From a virus (Duplodnaviria; Caudoviricetes), in the IMG/VR virus record IMGVR_UViG_2925514151_000008, positions 8,203-72,202 of that record: DNA of 64,000 bases; one strand, given 5' to 3'. This document shows positions 48,363-58,018 of the stretch, in pieces. The notes below the pieces were generated by a model. That model was given only the letters and a program-made list of their open reading frames with translations, was not told the origin of the DNA and made no database searches. Both the position numbers and the translations under genes were made by a program. Numbering within the stretch: the stretch's first letter is position 1; the number at the start of each line of letters is the position of its first letter.

Positions 48363-50282
48363 ATGAACAAAGAATGGCAATTGCCGCCCACTTATGAATC
48401 GGAAAAGCAGAAATCGTACACAATCGCCGAGTCGTTGATTGAAGACTTCGCAGAAGGTAGCTTCGCATCTCCCGATGCATTGATCACGTCTGTGACAGAG
48501 TACTTCTGCGCTCAGGATGATGCAGAAGATGCTCTTAAGAGGTTTACCGCCCACCTAAGCGGTTCCCACGAGGACTTCGATGCGTCGGACCATCCGAAAA
48601 TTCAGGCGGCCTTGGTAATTGGAATTGTAACGGTATGGGCCTCTTCAGAAACCGAAAACCGGTATACAGCCTTCAAGGCTCTCGTCCGAAACTCATGGTG
48701 GGTTGAGCATTTGTGGACGAAAGTGGCACTGGTTGTAGCTCTAAAAAATGATGTTTTCAAGGAAACACTCTTAAATTTGGCCGAACAATATTTCGTCGAT
48801 GCTGAAAAAAATCTGCTTCATGAAGACGTAGTTGATCCATCCTATCCAATCACCCTCGATGCAATTTGGTATGGACACACCTGGGAAAGTCGGGTCGATA
48901 ATTCCAGTTGGTCATGGATTGAATTACTGGCGAAGCTCGCTCCCGACAAACTATTAAAATGGATGAGTGCAACAAAAAATCTAGTCTTGATCAATCGAGT
49001 ACTCGAAAGCCCGGAGTTTTACCGTAACTACGATCTGTGGGAACAAATCACCCTCGGATCTTCACCGAGTTTCCAAAGCGATGGTTCATGGAATGGTGCC
49101 CTATTGCTTCCCTGCCTACTCAGGCACGGAAGTACAAAAATCATCCACCTTGCCAATGGCCGCGAAGATGATCCATCTGTGCTAGAGCAGCGCGTCAGGT
49201 CATTGCTCGCTTGTTTCGTTGCTACTGTCGCTAAAAGATCAGATTTCGAGGGTCTGTTCAAGCGATGGGGTACATGGCTCACTCGCCAACACCTTAACTT
49301 CTCTGATAACAGTTCGGATCAAAAACGACCTCTAAGCAGCCAAGATATATTATTGGCATTAGCCGAAAAACTCACACAGCCCTTTTCCCCAACCATTTCC
49401 GACCAATTGAATTTTTCGTGGGAGCAATGGGTTTACCAATCCATGCTGGCACTTTTACATTCGAACTACCCCGATAAGTTTGCGAAACCAGACGTCAGTG
49501 CCTTCATCGAAGAATGGAACTTGACACCTACCGAGTGGAACTCCTCTAAAGGTAAGTCGCTTCGAAGTCATGTTAGTCAATTTCATGCCAATCAGCCTAA
49601 CAACTATGCTTGCCGGGTGCTCGGGTATTCCATCGCCTTGAGCGAAGACTTCACCTGTCACTGGCTGAGTATGTGGAACTCTAGCGTTGCGCTGAGAGAA
49701 ATCCTCGAATTCCATCCCATTGATAGGATTTCCAAAGAATGGGAACCTTCGGATGCTTCAGGACTGATGCGTACATTGGTTGACGTAGGCCTAGGAATTC
49801 TAATCTGTACTGCAGACGTACAAGAAACTCTCAATCCCGAAATACTTAAGAAGTCCGCCGCGCTATTTCAAGCGCTGTGGGAGGCTACCACTGAGATGTT
49901 AAGCATTGACTTCTATGGTGAAGACTTCTGGCCAATCATGCAGCAGTACCTAGTCATTTTCCGGCTACGGTGGACAGTTGAAGCGAAGAATGCGAATGAA
50001 GATCATTACAGCACTTGGCTGGATCAGGCCGCCTACCCAACGTCACTGGAAACATTGGCCTTAGTCTCTAGCAATCCCTGTTCACTCATAAGACTGCTTC
50101 CCCTGCTTGTGCAAAACCATATTCCTAAAGAAGACTTAAAGGTCTTGCTCAGCCAGGCCGGAATTGACTTAGCTTCTCTCGCATCGAGTGCAGCCAGATA
50201 CCAGAATGGGCCTGAGAAGAAATTCAAGATATATCCTCGTCACGTCAACTTGATTGAAGAATTAGCTAAGGTCAGCAAATGA
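48363..50282 (+). CDS. Large Trp/Leu-rich helical hypothetical protein
   Basis: ~640 aa ORF starting 2 nt after the previous stop. Confidence 0.8.
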   Translation: MNKEWQLPPTYESEKQKSYTIAESLIEDFAEGSFASPDALITSVTEYFCAQDDAEDALKRFTAHLSGSHEDFDASDHPKIQAALVIGIVTVWASSETENRYTAFKALVRNSWWVEHLWTKVALVVALKNDVFKETLLNLAEQYFVDAEKNLLHEDVVDPSYPITLDAIWYGHTWESRVDNSSWSWIELLAKLAPDKLLKWMSATKNLVLINRVLESPEFYRNYDLWEQITLGSSPSFQSDGSWNGALLLPCLLRHGSTKIIHLANGREDDPSVLEQRVRSLLACFVATVAKRSDFEGLFKRWGTWLTRQHLNFSDNSSDQKRPLSSQDILLALAEKLTQPFSPTISDQLNFSWEQWVYQSMLALLHSNYPDKFAKPDVSAFIEEWNLTPTEWNSSKGKSLRSHVSQFHANQPNNYACRVLGYSIALSEDFTCHWLSMWNSSVALREILEFHPIDRISKEWEPSDASGLMRTLVDVGLGILICTADVQETLNPEILKKSAALFQALWEATTEMLSIDFYGEDFWPIMQQYLVIFRLRWTVEAKNANEDHYSTWLDQAAYPTSLETLALVSSNPCSLIRLLPLLVQNHIPKEDLKVLLSQAGIDLASLASSAARYQNGPEKKFKIYPRHVNLIEELAKVSK

Positions 50283-50765
50283 TATCCGGGGTCGATCACA
50301 CCTGATTTTCTGACTGCATCCGACCGACTCCTTTACTGACCCTGACGGGGCTGCAATGAAATCACTGACCCTGCATGAAATGAATATCAACGGTTGACAA
50401 GAGTATTATTGTAGTTGCGTCAGTTAGTGATTCAGCATTGCAATCATCCCGCGGGCGTGGGTTTTGTGTGGGTTTTGTGTGGGTTTTGTGATCGTTTTCT
50501 GTATCAGTCGTCGTTCACTGTGGGGTCAATAGGCCCGGCATCAGCGGAAAGGCCTGAATCATCGCGGCCGGTTGTCGGCGTAGCGGCGATAACTTCATCC
50601 TGCTGCGCCTGAGCCGGGCCTGCTGCTGCCGTCGCGTAGGTACCGGAGGCTGCAGGATCGACAGCGCCTGCGGCCGGGTCGGCATTGCCTGCGGCGGGGC
50701 CAATGTTACCGCCAACTGGTGGCTGATTGTCTTTACGCAGGCGGGTAGCTGCACTTTTCCCCGCT

Positions 50766-51236
50766 TCAAATATTTTCGCACAGACAGTATGGCCTGCCGC
50801 TGCTGATGCGCTGCCACGCATCAAGGGAGGTCTTGAAATCGCCGCTCTTGTCGCCTAACATCTGAACTAGGCCAGCGCCCAGCTCATCACGACTAAACGT
50901 AGGGGGGAGTTGCGTAGCGTGGGATTGAGTACCAACCTCGCCCTTTGCATCTGGCCTGTCATTCTCCCAGCCCGTCAGCAACCATGTCTTCCGTTTCCCG
51001 TTTTCATCGAGCGACAATACCGCCGTTACGCCATCATGGTGGATACGCACGGTTTTCTTGGCCGGGACATTCTTAACTTCGGTACCCAGCGCCACAGCGC
51101 GAAGCGCACGGGCGACGACGCCCGGATCACGCTTGATACCAATGTGCTCAAGACCATATTGGCGATTGCCGTAGACAAAATGCACGTCAGCGCTACCGCC
51201 GTACCACACGAGGTCAGGTCGCAGATTTTTTGCCAC
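50766..51236 (-). pseudogene. Fragment with a barnase/colicin-E5-like (PBECR) domain of polyvalent proteins
   Basis: VHFVYGN..YGLEHI...AVLSL...KTWLLTGWE; GC-rich, ragged ends. Confidence 0.55.
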
Positions 51237-51269
51237 ATCCCGTCATAGGCAGCTCTACCGGTACCGAAC

Positions 51270-51755
51270 ATCTATAACCAGTGGCATGCGGACAAAGAAG
51301 CACAGCTGACCTCTCCACCTCGAAAAACGCCCGCACTGGCGAAGCGGATCGCATTCGTCAGCTGGTGGCCGACGCCGAAAGTGATGATGCCGAGATGGCC
51401 AGCGCAGCACAGGAAGAACTCGACAAGATGTCGTCGGACGAACTGTGGTGCTGAAGTCGAATTTCTCCGTCTATGATGATCTGAAGCAAAACTCATCGAC
51501 CGGGGCATCCCGGAGAAGGAGATCGCCTCCATCCACGACGCAAAGACCGACGACCAGAAGACCGAACTGTTTGCGAAGGTCAACGCCGGTACCATTCGCG
51601 TACCGCTGGGAGCCACCCAGAAAATGGGCGCTGGCATGAATGCGCAGGAGCGCCTTGTGGCGCTTCATCACCTCGATACCCGTGGTTTCTGTCCGACCTC
51701 GAACAGTGCGAAGGCCCCATCATCCGGCAGGGCAACACTCTTTATGAGCGCGACC
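51270..51755 (+). pseudogene. Frameshifted SNF2 helicase C-terminal fragment (DarB-like)
   Basis: Across frames: FSVYDDLK..LIDRGIPEKEIASIHDAK...LFAKVNAG.IRV..G.TQKMGAGMNAQERLVALHHLD...SDLEQ.EG.IIRQGN. Confidence 0.8.
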
Positions 51756-52393
51756 GCCGCCTGATACTCCTCCGGAGAGAGGATATCATTCATCTCGGCG
51801 ATTTCCTTTGCCCAGCCGCTGGTGGCCGTGCCATCCGTGCGGGCAAACGCTCCGGGATGTCGCCCCAGCCTACGTATTTGGCGAGCACGACCTGTTCGTC
51901 GGCCGTCGCCTGCCTGTTGCCGAATCTCCAGCTCTTTCAGTAGTCGGATGGCGGCAACGTTATCGCGGTACTTGGCCTTTTTCCCGCCCTGACCGATTGT
52001 CGCCGGGGCGATGGTGAAGAGGCTGTCCGGTTTTTCCTGCGCAGTTACGCCTGATGCTGGTCGGCTTCCTCGTCCTCGTCGTACAGCGGCATCCCCATCA
52101 CCTCGCTGAGTGCCGCCCCGCTGCGCTGCGGCTCCGCGTCCTGCTGGTCCTTCAGGCTCTGTTCCTCGGGCGGAAACAGGTACTTCTCGCGGGTCATCTC
52201 CCACGCCTCGTGTTCCCGATACCCGCTGTTCTCCAACTGGTCCATTTCGTCCGCTGTCCGCTTCGCCGCGTCCTGAAGCGCGGTCTCCAACGTTCCCGCT
52301 TTCTTCAGCTCCCGATACTTCGTTGGCTGGAATTCCGCCCAGTGTTGCCGGGCCTGATTCACCCAGTTTTGCAGCATTACCATTTGATACCAC
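51756..52393 (-). pseudogene. Fragment of DarB-like region preceding the methylase domain
   Basis: GGKKAKYRDNVAAIRLLKELE, (shifted) LAKYVGWG, W.KE...LSPEEYQAA. Confidence 0.75.
52045..52383 (-). CDS. TnpV-like small protein nested in another frame of the DarB-like fragment
   Basis: QARQHWAEFQPTKYRELKKAGTLE...EAWEMTREKYLFPPEE; GAGG RBS. Confidence 0.55.
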   Translation of the reverse strand: MVMLQNWVNQARQHWAEFQPTKYRELKKAGTLETALQDAAKRTADEMDQLENSGYREHEAWEMTREKYLFPPEEQSLKDQQDAEPQRSGAALSEVMGMPLYDEDEEADQHQA

Positions 52394-52754
52394 CTCGTTG
52401 TTGAATTAAGCCATCATGTCATTGAAAGCTGCAGTCAGGCAGTTGTAATGACGGCTTATTTCAGAAGTTAAAGTTTTAACGACCATTCTGGCCCTATCAC
52501 TTGTTAAGTGCCGTCACCGACTGATTTCACGAACGGGAACCATAAAGAATTGTTGGTGTAGCCATACATAAAATGCCGCCAGTGATGTTCGGTATAACCT
52601 ATCACCATTACAGGATATACCATCATTGTTCGGAGTCATTCTGATGGTAATGTTTTTATGTTTATTGTCGATTTATAACGTTTTTATACTGGTCAGTTAC
52701 GACTTTCAGATAGAGTTTCCTTTTGCTCAGAACAGTGTTTCTGGTTAAATGTCA

Positions 52755-53156
52755 TTAATAACTTGAGCAATATACTGATGTGCCAACTTGATGACAGTTG
52801 GTTTGTACAGGTTTAGTTTGTACGGGGGTATTCTGCTGCATGATTTGACCAGCCGCTATCATTCTTTCCCCCATGCTCGTATCGTGATAAATATTGGATG
52901 CACCATACTGAACAACAAAACCGTTATTTAGTAACACTTGATAATCCGCTTTATCCCATGACCAGTCGGACATGAATCGATTCGAATAGGTTAACAGTTC
53001 AGCTGTACCTTGTGTTTGCACTCCATCAGGAGACCCCAGCTTGTCAATCACATCTGTACGGCTCATACCTTGTCTAATTTTAGAAAATTTCTCTCCCGTT
53101 ACACAGGAAGCTAGTACCAGAGTGACACAACACATTATGATAAAACGAATGAACAT
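52755..53156 (-). CDS. Lipoprotein, SmpA/OmlA-like
   Basis: Lipobox LASC; IRQGMSR.DV...LGSPD. Confidence 0.78.
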   Translation of the reverse strand: MFIRFIIMCCVTLVLASCVTGEKFSKIRQGMSRTDVIDKLGSPDGVQTQGTAELLTYSNRFMSDWSWDKADYQVLLNNGFVVQYGASNIYHDTSMGERMIAAGQIMQQNTPVQTKPVQTNCHQVGTSVYCSSY

Positions 53157-53251
53157 AACAGTTTCCTATTTATGGTTTTTAAAAAAATATGGCAGTAGTT
53201 TATTTAATTCGTTTACGTGCATCTTATGCTGCTTACCATTTTATGGGGGTG

Positions 53252-53608
53252 TTATTTTGTATTATTGGCATCTTTAAGTGTCTTCTTGAAGTAAGGGTGT
53301 ATTTTTATTGCAAGAAGCATTGATAGCGCTGGGGATAAAATACAGGCAATTAAACCAGTAAGTAAACCTGCACCCAAAAACATCATGACTCCGTGAGGGA
53401 ATCCTACGATACTAAAAACGATTAAGAAAGACCCTCCCCAGCGGCTTGCTCTCTCTATAAACCAATAAATGGCTATATTAATAGGTTTAAAAAATATTCT
53501 TGCGTAATCAGTACGGTAATGATCGGTTCCTAAACTGTACTCAGCAGGTAACATGAATCCGCGAAATAAAATATTCAAAAAAAACACTACAATACCAATA
53601 ATAAGCAT
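53252..53608 (-). CDS. Membrane protein
   Basis: 118 aa, about three hydrophobic segments. Confidence 0.65.
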   Translation of the reverse strand: MLIIGIVVFFLNILFRGFMLPAEYSLGTDHYRTDYARIFFKPINIAIYWFIERASRWGGSFLIVFSIVGFPHGVMMFLGAGLLTGLIACILSPALSMLLAIKIHPYFKKTLKDANNTK

Positions 53609-53712
53609 TTGTAACCTCTTCTATATCAATCTGTTAATTTTTAGTGGCTATTTAATCGTCTCGGATTTCTTCAGGACCGCGTACTTCGTCGACCAAGATC
53701 TCTCCCAATATT

Positions 53713-54582
53713 CTAGTAAAAAGTACTTGTCAGTGCCTCTCCTACGAATTTATCCCGCTGCCATAGAACCTGTTCCAGTAGTCGGGATCTTTCTCCGCTT
53801 TCTGCGCATGCCAGGGTATTGAGGAATATCGTTCTTTTAAGTGTTGCGCCCCCAGCGCCTGCCGCTCTAACTCGTGGACAGGAACTCCAAGCGCGTAGCA
53901 TTCCATCAGTAAAGGGCTGACCTTCACCTGTGCGGAAGGTTCGGGTTGCGAAGTCGTATCTGACATTATCTATCTCCGGCAGAGTGTTTTTCACTGAGCA
54001 CAATGATGTTCCTATCATTGAACTGATATTGTAAATATTATTTCCTGGGCGCCATTTTAATGGTGGAATTCCTAGCATATCTTCACCGTAGAGCTGGCGT
54101 TCATGCGGCTCGATATGTTCGGTGCCACCATGTTTGATCGCTGAAGACAGCATCGCCTCGGTACGTCTACGTATCGCGATATCAGATAGTCCTGCAGGAT
54201 CGCCAATAAATATTCGCCCGGTATTCACAGCATAATCAGCTACTGCCTGATATGCAGCGGAACCAAACTCTCCCTCCTTCAATTGACTGACATCAAACCA
54301 CACAACTTCTGGTTTACGGTAAATGTATATATTCACATCGTTTTTGATGATAACGCGAACAAGCTCAACACCATCAGGATTACAGTTATCATCTAAGCAT
54401 TCTTCTGTGAAGTTGATAGTTCCCCATGGGTATATCAAGTCAAATATACGTTGCAATGAGTGAATCCCTGTGGCTTTCGGATGCTGAAACAATGCACTCA
54501 TTGCCGATAATTCAATGATAAATTCAGCGGCAAATTCATATCGGTGGTAATCGGAATTTCTTATTTTATTTTTTGTCATCAT
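53713..54582 (-). CDS. Hypothetical protein
   Basis: 289-aa ORF co-oriented with upstream operon. Confidence 0.75.
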   Translation of the reverse strand: MMTKNKIRNSDYHRYEFAAEFIIELSAMSALFQHPKATGIHSLQRIFDLIYPWGTINFTEECLDDNCNPDGVELVRVIIKNDVNIYIYRKPEVVWFDVSQLKEGEFGSAAYQAVADYAVNTGRIFIGDPAGLSDIAIRRRTEAMLSSAIKHGGTEHIEPHERQLYGEDMLGIPPLKWRPGNNIYNISSMIGTSLCSVKNTLPEIDNVRYDFATRTFRTGEGQPFTDGMLRAWSSCPRVRAAGAGGATLKRTIFLNTLACAESGERSRLLEQVLWQRDKFVGEALTSTFY

Positions 54583-54624
54583 AGGTAAGTATTTAATCGA
54601 ATGATAAACTTTTTTATAAATTAA

Positions 54625-55629
54625 TCAGAATTTACCATTGCGGACGGCCTTATCACTTTGATGGATAAGAATAGTGTCATCTTCATTTGTAAAAACATTC
54701 TCTCTTTGTTTTTTACCTGATAAAAACCGTATGCTTTTTATTTTGTTTAGTATGACTGAACCAGTTAGTCCCTTTGTGTTTTCCTCATAGTATTTAAACC
54801 ATGGTAACTTATTATTTTTGTAATCTCTGCTGGTTATGGGGGGGCGGGGCATTGGATAACCTGTTAGTTTGTGCCAGTCAGATGCATTAATCATATGGAT
54901 AAAACAGCGTGAACTATGATTTGTATCCCACGCTGCAGGTCCATATATATCCTCTTTAATTTTCTGAGTGATTCGGCCACCAGCTCCCATTCCCATCAGA
55001 CAGTAAAGATCATTGTATTCTGGCTCCAGATAACTCTTGCATCGTTTCTTTCGTTTTGCCTCACGTTCTTCTCTTTCTCTTTTAGCCCTCTGAATAGCAT
55101 CATATACGGATGCTTTCATCGGCCAGGCAATAATCTGTAATCCACCAACTTCTGCAGACCCTGTGATTTGCTCTTCTACTGTATAACCTGATTGTAAAGG
55201 TACAGAGGTAAACTGCCGTACTGTACCCTGGCCGACATTAAAGCCATCCAGCCAATATTGACGTGATAAATCGATGAAATCTTGGGGGTGATGAGATAAT
55301 TCATTCTGCCATGATAACCCCGTAATGGCATTAATTTTTCCTGTAGCAATCTTCATAGCTATAGGATAATCACTGCTGAAGTTAATCCACATGGCCTCTG
55401 AATTATATATTGGCATGAGTACACCGCCTTTTTTGAGCATACAGGCGGGAATTTTTTCAGCGTAGTTATCTATATGAGCCAACTGGAACCTTCCAAGCCC
55501 GGCAGGTAATGGATATATGCGGTCATTGTCAGGTACACGTAATGTTCGCTGAAATGAGACTGTTCCAGAGGCCTTCGGATGGACTTCCGGAAATGAGATA
55601 ATCAACTGATTTTTATGAAGTTCAATCAC
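54625..55629 (-). CDS. Conserved-looking hypothetical protein (SFQRTLRVPD type)
   Basis: SFQRTLRVPD...LPAGLG, EAMWINF, WLDGF, VEEQITG..EVGGLQI, LPWF; AGGAG RBS. Confidence 0.8.
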   Translation of the reverse strand: MIELHKNQLIISFPEVHPKASGTVSFQRTLRVPDNDRIYPLPAGLGRFQLAHIDNYAEKIPACMLKKGGVLMPIYNSEAMWINFSSDYPIAMKIATGKINAITGLSWQNELSHHPQDFIDLSRQYWLDGFNVGQGTVRQFTSVPLQSGYTVEEQITGSAEVGGLQIIAWPMKASVYDAIQRAKREREEREAKRKKRCKSYLEPEYNDLYCLMGMGAGGRITQKIKEDIYGPAAWDTNHSSRCFIHMINASDWHKLTGYPMPRPPITSRDYKNNKLPWFKYYEENTKGLTGSVILNKIKSIRFLSGKKQRENVFTNEDDTILIHQSDKAVRNGKF

Positions 55630-55641
55630 AATTTTCTCCTT

Positions 55642-55992
55642 TTACCATTCACCATCTGTCACCTCACGAACGATACGCAATACAGCTGCTTCAGGCGCGT
55701 CTTTTAACTGTCTTAGCAACTGGGAAAAGAGCAGCGGACGTGAGCAGATAATTTCCTGTAAATCCGACGATATTTTCCCTGACATGGCCAGGACGACGTC
55801 AGGATCCAGTTGTAGCTCATGTGCAATTTTTTTCAGAGTAGCTTCTGAGGGAGGAGCGGTTTCTCCGCGTTCGATCTTGCTGAGATAAGCCGGTTCGATT
55901 CCTACACGCAGAGCAACCTGACGCAAAGAAAATGACTTGCTGTGTAAGCGTAGAAACTCACGCTGTTCTCTGAGTACGGTTCCTATGTTCAT
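55642..55992 (-). CDS. XRE-family HTH regulator
   Basis: SLRQVALRVGIEPAYLSKIERG. Confidence 0.88.
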   Translation of the reverse strand: MNIGTVLREQREFLRLHSKSFSLRQVALRVGIEPAYLSKIERGETAPPSEATLKKIAHELQLDPDVVLAMSGKISSDLQEIICSRPLLFSQLLRQLKDAPEAAVLRIVREVTDGEW

Positions 55993-56029
55993 GGGTGTGT
56001 ACTATATACTACACGCAACACACCATCAA
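55993..56029 (-). promoter_or_regulatory. Leaderless-type sigma70 promoter with overlapping inverted repeat
   Basis: Minus strand TTGATG-17-TATAGT, 8 nt, ATG; GTGTGTA...TACACGC dyad spans the -10. Confidence 0.6.
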
Positions 56030-56206
56030 TTATTAATTATGAATAAAATGTTCAGCGCGCTCACTTCAGGGCTGTTGTAATCCATCTTGGTGATTGAACA
56101 CATAGCTACCGCGCAACCGATTGTAAGGCTGTAGCAATAGGTGATGGATGTGAATAGTTTACCAGGTAGGGAGGTAACATCCCTGACAGCAGATGAAAAT
56201 CACTAA

Positions 56207-56269
56207 TTCCAACTATAGTTGGAAGACAAGGATATCATTGCTCGATGAAATTTCCAACAATTGTTAGAG
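56207..56269. promoter_or_regulatory. Paired palindromic operators
   Basis: Perfect TTCCAACTATAGTTGGAA 56207-56224; imperfect TTCCAACAATTGTTAGAG 56252-56269. Confidence 0.65.
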
Positions 56270-56285
56270 ATTGTTGGGAGGAACA

Positions 56286-56540
56286 TTGAATATCGCAATA
56301 GCTTTCGGAGGTGTACTGCGGCAGTTACGTAAGAACGCAGGATTAACACAAGAGCAACTGGGTTTTGAGGCTGAACTGGAACGTAATTACATCAGTATGC
56401 TTGAACTTGGACAACGTCAACCAACGTTGGCAACTGTATTCAAGCTTGCCTCTCCATTGAATGTTACTCCTTCGAAAATGGTGTCAATGGTAGAAGTTGA
56501 ATCCCTGATTTCTCCAGTAGAGAAAAAAAGTAAGAGTTAA
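56286..56540 (+). CDS. XRE HTH, controller(C)-protein-like
   Basis: FGGVLRQLR..AGLTQEQL...LERNYISMLE.G.RQPTL; GGAGG then TTG 56286. Confidence 0.82.
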   Translation: MNIAIAFGGVLRQLRKNAGLTQEQLGFEAELERNYISMLELGQRQPTLATVFKLASPLNVTPSKMVSMVEVESLISPVEKKSKS

Positions 56541-56737
56541 ACCTCTCATTTCACTGTTTCATGCGTTAAAGGTTTGCCGTATTTGATGCTTTTTTGCCAT
56601 TCCAGCTACCGTGAAAATGCATTGGGACAGTGGGGGCAACCAGATGTGGCTCGGGGTTGAGACGTCCCCGCCCGTTTTGAACAGTGGGGACAAAGCGGAC
56701 GGGATATCTAAAATACAACCAATCTTGTCCTCACCTG

Positions 56738-57060
56738 TCAGACATTGCGGCCCTCTCCGAATGACTGGAGTTCCTTGACTATCTGGCGCAGGCGGTAAAC
56801 GTCCACCACATCATGCATACCCCGGGTAATCTCGACGGTGAGCGCCAGCGACGCCCCAACGTCAAGCATTTCATCCGGGGATGTGTCGGCAGTGTCCGCC
56901 GCCTGTTCCGGCGTTTTTCCCATACAGACCAGAAGCGCGGCCATTCTGTCGGCGCGAAGTTCGGCATCATCAAAAAGGCGCTTAGCCTGCGCGGCGTCAG
57001 CGGTTTTCATCGTCTGAATCAGCAGGTCAGGGATTCGGGTATATCCGGCGTTACGCATGA
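56738..57060 (-). CDS. Hypothetical satellite protein
   Basis: MRNAGYTRIPDLL...; overlaps Icd-like stop; 3' end paralogous to 60886-61119. Confidence 0.65.
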
Positions 57061-57320
57061 TGGATCCCCTGAGCAGGGACGCGCTCGGCAAAGCACAGCA
57101 CAAAGTTCCCGGCCAGCAGGATGCGGGCGGTCAGTTCATCGGGTGCGGTGACTGATTCGCGGTGCGGCCTGTCGTTCAGGTCAGAACGGCGCAAGGCCAG
57201 AAAGTGAAACGTAAATTCATGGTGTGGTGGGATAAGGGTAGCAACCATAGCGGCTGCGGGAGGCTCCAGCGACTGAATGAAGTGACAAAGCGCGGGCGGA
57301 AGAATGAATGGTCGTTGCAT
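57051..57320 (-). CDS. Icd-like protein (host cell-division inhibitor family)
   Basis: FTFHFLALRRSDL..RPHRESVTAPDE.TAR..L...FVL.FA.R.P. Confidence 0.7.
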   Translation of the reverse strand: MQRPFILPPALCHFIQSLEPPAAAMVATLIPPHHEFTFHFLALRRSDLNDRPHRESVTAPDELTARILLAGNFVLCFAERVPAQGIHHA

Positions 57321-57740
57321 AAATTAACCCCTGTATTTTTGCGTATTCCTATGATTCACGCCATTTATACCCGTTATTTGCTGGTTTCTACCCGGTGATT
57401 TCCTGCAATCCCTTTGCTTGTGCGGCCTGCGGGTGTCTTATGGCAGGAATACCCGCCATAAGACACCCGCCCAGCTCAACAAATACGGTTGTATCCCGCG
57501 CCGCTACTGGCCTCGAGTGACTTCACCACTAGAAAAGCGCATTTTCTGGCAAAAATGTGCACTTTTGCGAGTCTGGATAAAATGGCCTGAAAGTCTTGTG
57601 CTGTCTGGCCTGCGGGCTGATTTCGTGCGCTTCTGCTGTTTCGCGGTTTTAAACGCTAAAAGAGCCTGAAAGCCGCGCTGTGTCAGGGACTTTGCGGTTC
57701 CTGCGCTGGCTAAACAGAGACGCACGATATTGTGCAAAAT

Positions 57741-57983
57741 GGTGGGACTGGTGGGAACTCTGGGAACCGCTTAGAACTGAGCGGGTTTCTGCGGTTCCCA
57801 CCGGTTCCCGCCCCCCAGTTTTGTGGGAACCGATGCGGTTAATATTTGTGCACTGCGGTTCCCACCTGTTCCCACTGAGTTCCCACCGAAAAATGAGGGT
57901 AAAAGGACAGTGTTTTAATGTTTATTTATTGTTTTATATTGTTTTTATTTGTGGCGGTTCCCACAGTTCCCACCAGTCCCACC
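57741..57983. repeat. Island origin-like region: GGGAAC/GTTCCC iterons inside a 30-bp inverted repeat
   Basis: 57741-57770 vs 57954-57983 match 29/30 as reverse complements; AT-rich tract 57900-57950; just downstream of the helicase. Confidence 0.8.
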
Positions 57984-58018
57984 GCTTTTTTATTTTCTGA
58001 AAACGGGTTTATTCTGTT

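Noticed and set aside
57741-57983. CRISPR-like array
   Set aside because: Short iterons in both orientations without regular spacers, and no cas genes.
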